Source of the DNA: Malacoraja senta
Taxonomy: Eukaryota
DNA length: 64,000 nucleotides
Direction: 5' to 3'
Assembly: GCA_038087875.1 (NCBI GenBank)
Contig: CM075986.1
Coordinates: 7,874,001 to 7,938,000 of the forward strand
A program made the translations under genes and the position numbers. Position 1 is the stretch's first letter. The number at the start of each line of letters is the position of its first letter. The notes below the pieces were generated by a model. The model saw only the letters and a program-made list of their open reading frames with translations. It had not been told where the DNA came from and did no database searches. Below are positions 61,608-64,000 of the stretch, one piece after another.

Positions 61608-62206
61608 GCGGGCCTCACGGTGGCACTGCAGTAGAGCTGCTACCTTACAGCGCCAGAGACCCGGGTTCCATCCTGACCACGGGTGCTATCTGTACGGAGT
61701 TTGTACATTCTCTCTGTGACTGTGTGGATTTTCTCCGGGTGATCATAGTTGTAGCAGGTCTCCGAAAAAACGGCGACTGGACCCCCCCACAACATAAAAT
61801 TTGAAATAGAATCATTACTTTAACAAAAAAAAAAATGAAGTCACCACCGGCGACAACCTACGTTAACCTGGCGACAACTACGACAGCACCTACGTCAGGA
61901 GAAGTCAAGCTACGCTCAATGGCGCCAAAACAACTGTCGCCGACTGTTTCCGAAATTTTTTCAACATGTTGAAAATCCAGCGGCGACCAGAAAGACGCTA
62001 CGACTCTTTGGGCGAATGAGGAGAAAACTCACGACCATAAAGGCGATACCCTGGCGACCATGTGGCGACAGCCTAGTCGCCTGTAGTCACCTAAAAAATC
62101 GCCTAAGTGGGACAAGCCCTCAAGATAGCGTTAGCGTACAGGAATCGCTGGTCGGCGTGGACTCAGTGGGCTGATGGGTCTGTTTCTGCGCTGTATCTCT
62201 AAACTA
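61608..62206 (+). mobile_element. V-SINE (61608-61741 and 62121-62206) interrupted by a truncated MITE-like element (61742-62120)
   Basis: SINE head and tail flank a CpG-rich insert ending ..AAGTGGGACAAGCCCT. Confidence 0.7.
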
Positions 62207-62612
62207 CACTGAGTTTATACAACAGGGTTTAATGTCCTTCAGCTGCACACACTTTGATATATGGCAGGATGTATGGAGGGTGTCATACGCACATACTAAT
62301 TCATTAGCTTGGACAGTGTGTAAAGCAGCCACTTGGGTCGAAGGGCCTGTTTCCACGCAGTATAACCCTATGACACCATGACAGCCTATTATTTCCATAT
62401 GAAATGCTTGTCCACACACCTTCAGAATGGGAGGAGAGAGGCAAGGTGGGTTAAACACTTACATCCTGTTATAATTCTTCATTATGTACACCCATATGCT
62501 AACATTATTATATCTTGTACTGATCTTTCTTTTCTTGCAGTCTGTGTCCTGTCTGACCTATTGCAGTCTGTGTCCTGTCTGACCTATTGTTGTCGAACCA
62601 ACTTATCGTTAA

Positions 62613-62902
62613 GTTTAGTTTAGAGATACAGCATGGACACAGTCCCTTCGGCCCACCCAGTCCGTGCCGACCAGCGATCCCCCTTCACTAGCACTATCCT
62701 ACACACTAGGGACAATTTTACAGAAGCCAATTAACCTTCAAACCTGCACGTCTTTGGAATGTAGGAGGAAACCAGAGCACCCGGAGAAAACCCACAGGGT
62801 CACAGGGAGAACGTGCAAACTCCGTACAGACAGCACCCACAGTCAGGATTGAACCCGGTTCTCTGACGCTGTGAGGCAGTAGCTCTACTGCCGCGCCACT
62901 GT
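62613..62902 (-). mobile_element. V-SINE, full length
   Basis: Same family as 10389. Confidence 0.85.
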
Positions 62903-62964
62903 TCTTTTGAAAGATTTTTGCAAAGGAATATTTCACTCTGCATCACTGGCACAGCCAGTAACCT

Positions 62965-64000
62965 ATTTCCACATACCTCGACTCCATCCTATCCGCCCCC
63001 TGGTTAAATCCCTCCCGACCTATGTTCAAGACACCTCAGACACTCTCCGTCTTCTCCGGGCATGCCGTTCTCTAGGCCCCCATCTCCTCATGTTCACCGT
63101 GGACGTCCAGTCACTCTACACCTCCATCCCCCACCAGGAGGGTCTCAAAGCCCTGCGGTTCTTCCTCGACCGGAGAACCAACCAATCCCCGTCTACAGAT
63201 ACTCTCCTCTGCCTAGCGGAGCTGGTCCTTACCCTTAATAACTTTTTGTTTGACTCCTCCCATTTCCTCCAAATACAAGGCGTAGCTGTGGGCACGCGCA
63301 TGGGCCCCAGCTATGCCTGCCTCTTTGTAGGGTACGTCGAACAATCCTTGTTCGAGGCGTACCAGGGCCCCATCCCCGACCTCTACCTCTGCTACATCGA
63401 CGATTGCATTGGTGCTACCTTCTGCACCCACACACAACTCACTGACTTCATCAACTTCAAATACACCTGGACCATTTCCGACATTTCCCTACCATTTCTT
63501 GACCTCACTATCTCCATCGCAGGTGATAGACTTCTGACCGACATCCACTATAAACCCAATGACTCCCATGGCTATCTGGACTACACTTCTTCCCAACCTG
63601 CTTCCTGTAAGGACTCCATCCCCTACTCCCAATTCCTTCGTCTACGCCGCATCTGCTCCCAGGATGAGGTGTTCCACACCAGGGCATCGGAAATGTCCTC
63701 ATTCTTCAGGGAACGGGGGTTCCCCTCTTCTACCATAGATGAGGCTCTCACCAGGGTCTCTTCAATACCCCGCAACACTGCTCTCTCTCCCCATCCCCCC
63801 ACTCGGATCAAGGGCAGAGTCCCCCTAGTCCTCACCTTTCACCCCACTAGCCGTCGCATACAACAAATAGTCCTCCGTCATTTTCGCCACCTCCAACGTG
63901 ACCCCACCACTCGCCACATCTTCCAATCTCCCCCCCCTGTCTGCTTTCCGCAAAGACCGCTCCCTCCGTAACTCCCTGGTCAATTCTTCCCTTCCCTCCC
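62965..64000 (+). mobile_element. Penelope-like retroelement RT fragment (5'-truncated, runs off the window)
   Basis: PTYVQDT, DVQSLYTSIPH, G.AVGTRMGPSYACLF, YIDD, FLDL, YKP..SH.YL, SIPYSQFLRLRRICS; a small in-frame deletion and a terminal frameshift. Confidence 0.9.

Noticed and set aside
61608-61690. tRNA gene
   Set aside because: The tRNA-like sequence continues directly into the V-SINE core; the same holds for the other copies.
62907-63971. Intact or domesticated reverse transcriptase gene
   Set aside because: No true start (it begins in flank next to a SINE), an internal deletion and a terminal frameshift; a dead Penelope copy.

Overview
Vertebrate genomic DNA. The repeat families (HE1-type V-SINEs, CR1, Penelope, Rex1-like) point to a cartilaginous fish, probably a skate or ray; this is inferred. 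The + strand carries the 3' half of ARHGAP23. Fifteen exons with consistent splice phases run from 558 to 41336, with a probable partial exon at 1-18; they encode the PH domain, the RhoGAP domain and a long C-terminal exon ending RFHQYL*. A probable ~6.5 kb 3' UTR follows, with AATAAA at 47818. The - strand carries the convergent 3' end of SRCIN1: one recognisable exon at 57913-58035 and a probable 3' UTR reaching ~51255. This matches the ARHGAP23-SRCIN1 arrangement known in mammals. Introns and the intergenic gap hold a complete but decayed IR/DR Tc1 transposon, two non-autonomous Helitrons, a hAT MITE with an 8-bp TSD, young CR1 copies, a Penelope RT fragment and many Penelope termini, some with minimal hammerhead cores. 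Most notable: (1) a minisatellite made of nine copies of the SRCIN1 splice donor, plus a duplicated acceptor; (2) inverted near-identical CR1s flanking three phase-0 RhoGAP exons totalling 258 nt, a circRNA / stop-less ORF geometry; (3) hammerhead-like cores; (4) a candidate alternative terminal exon and a candidate GC donor in ARHGAP23. There are two assembly gaps. Most ORFs in the supplied track are spurious or transposon-derived.
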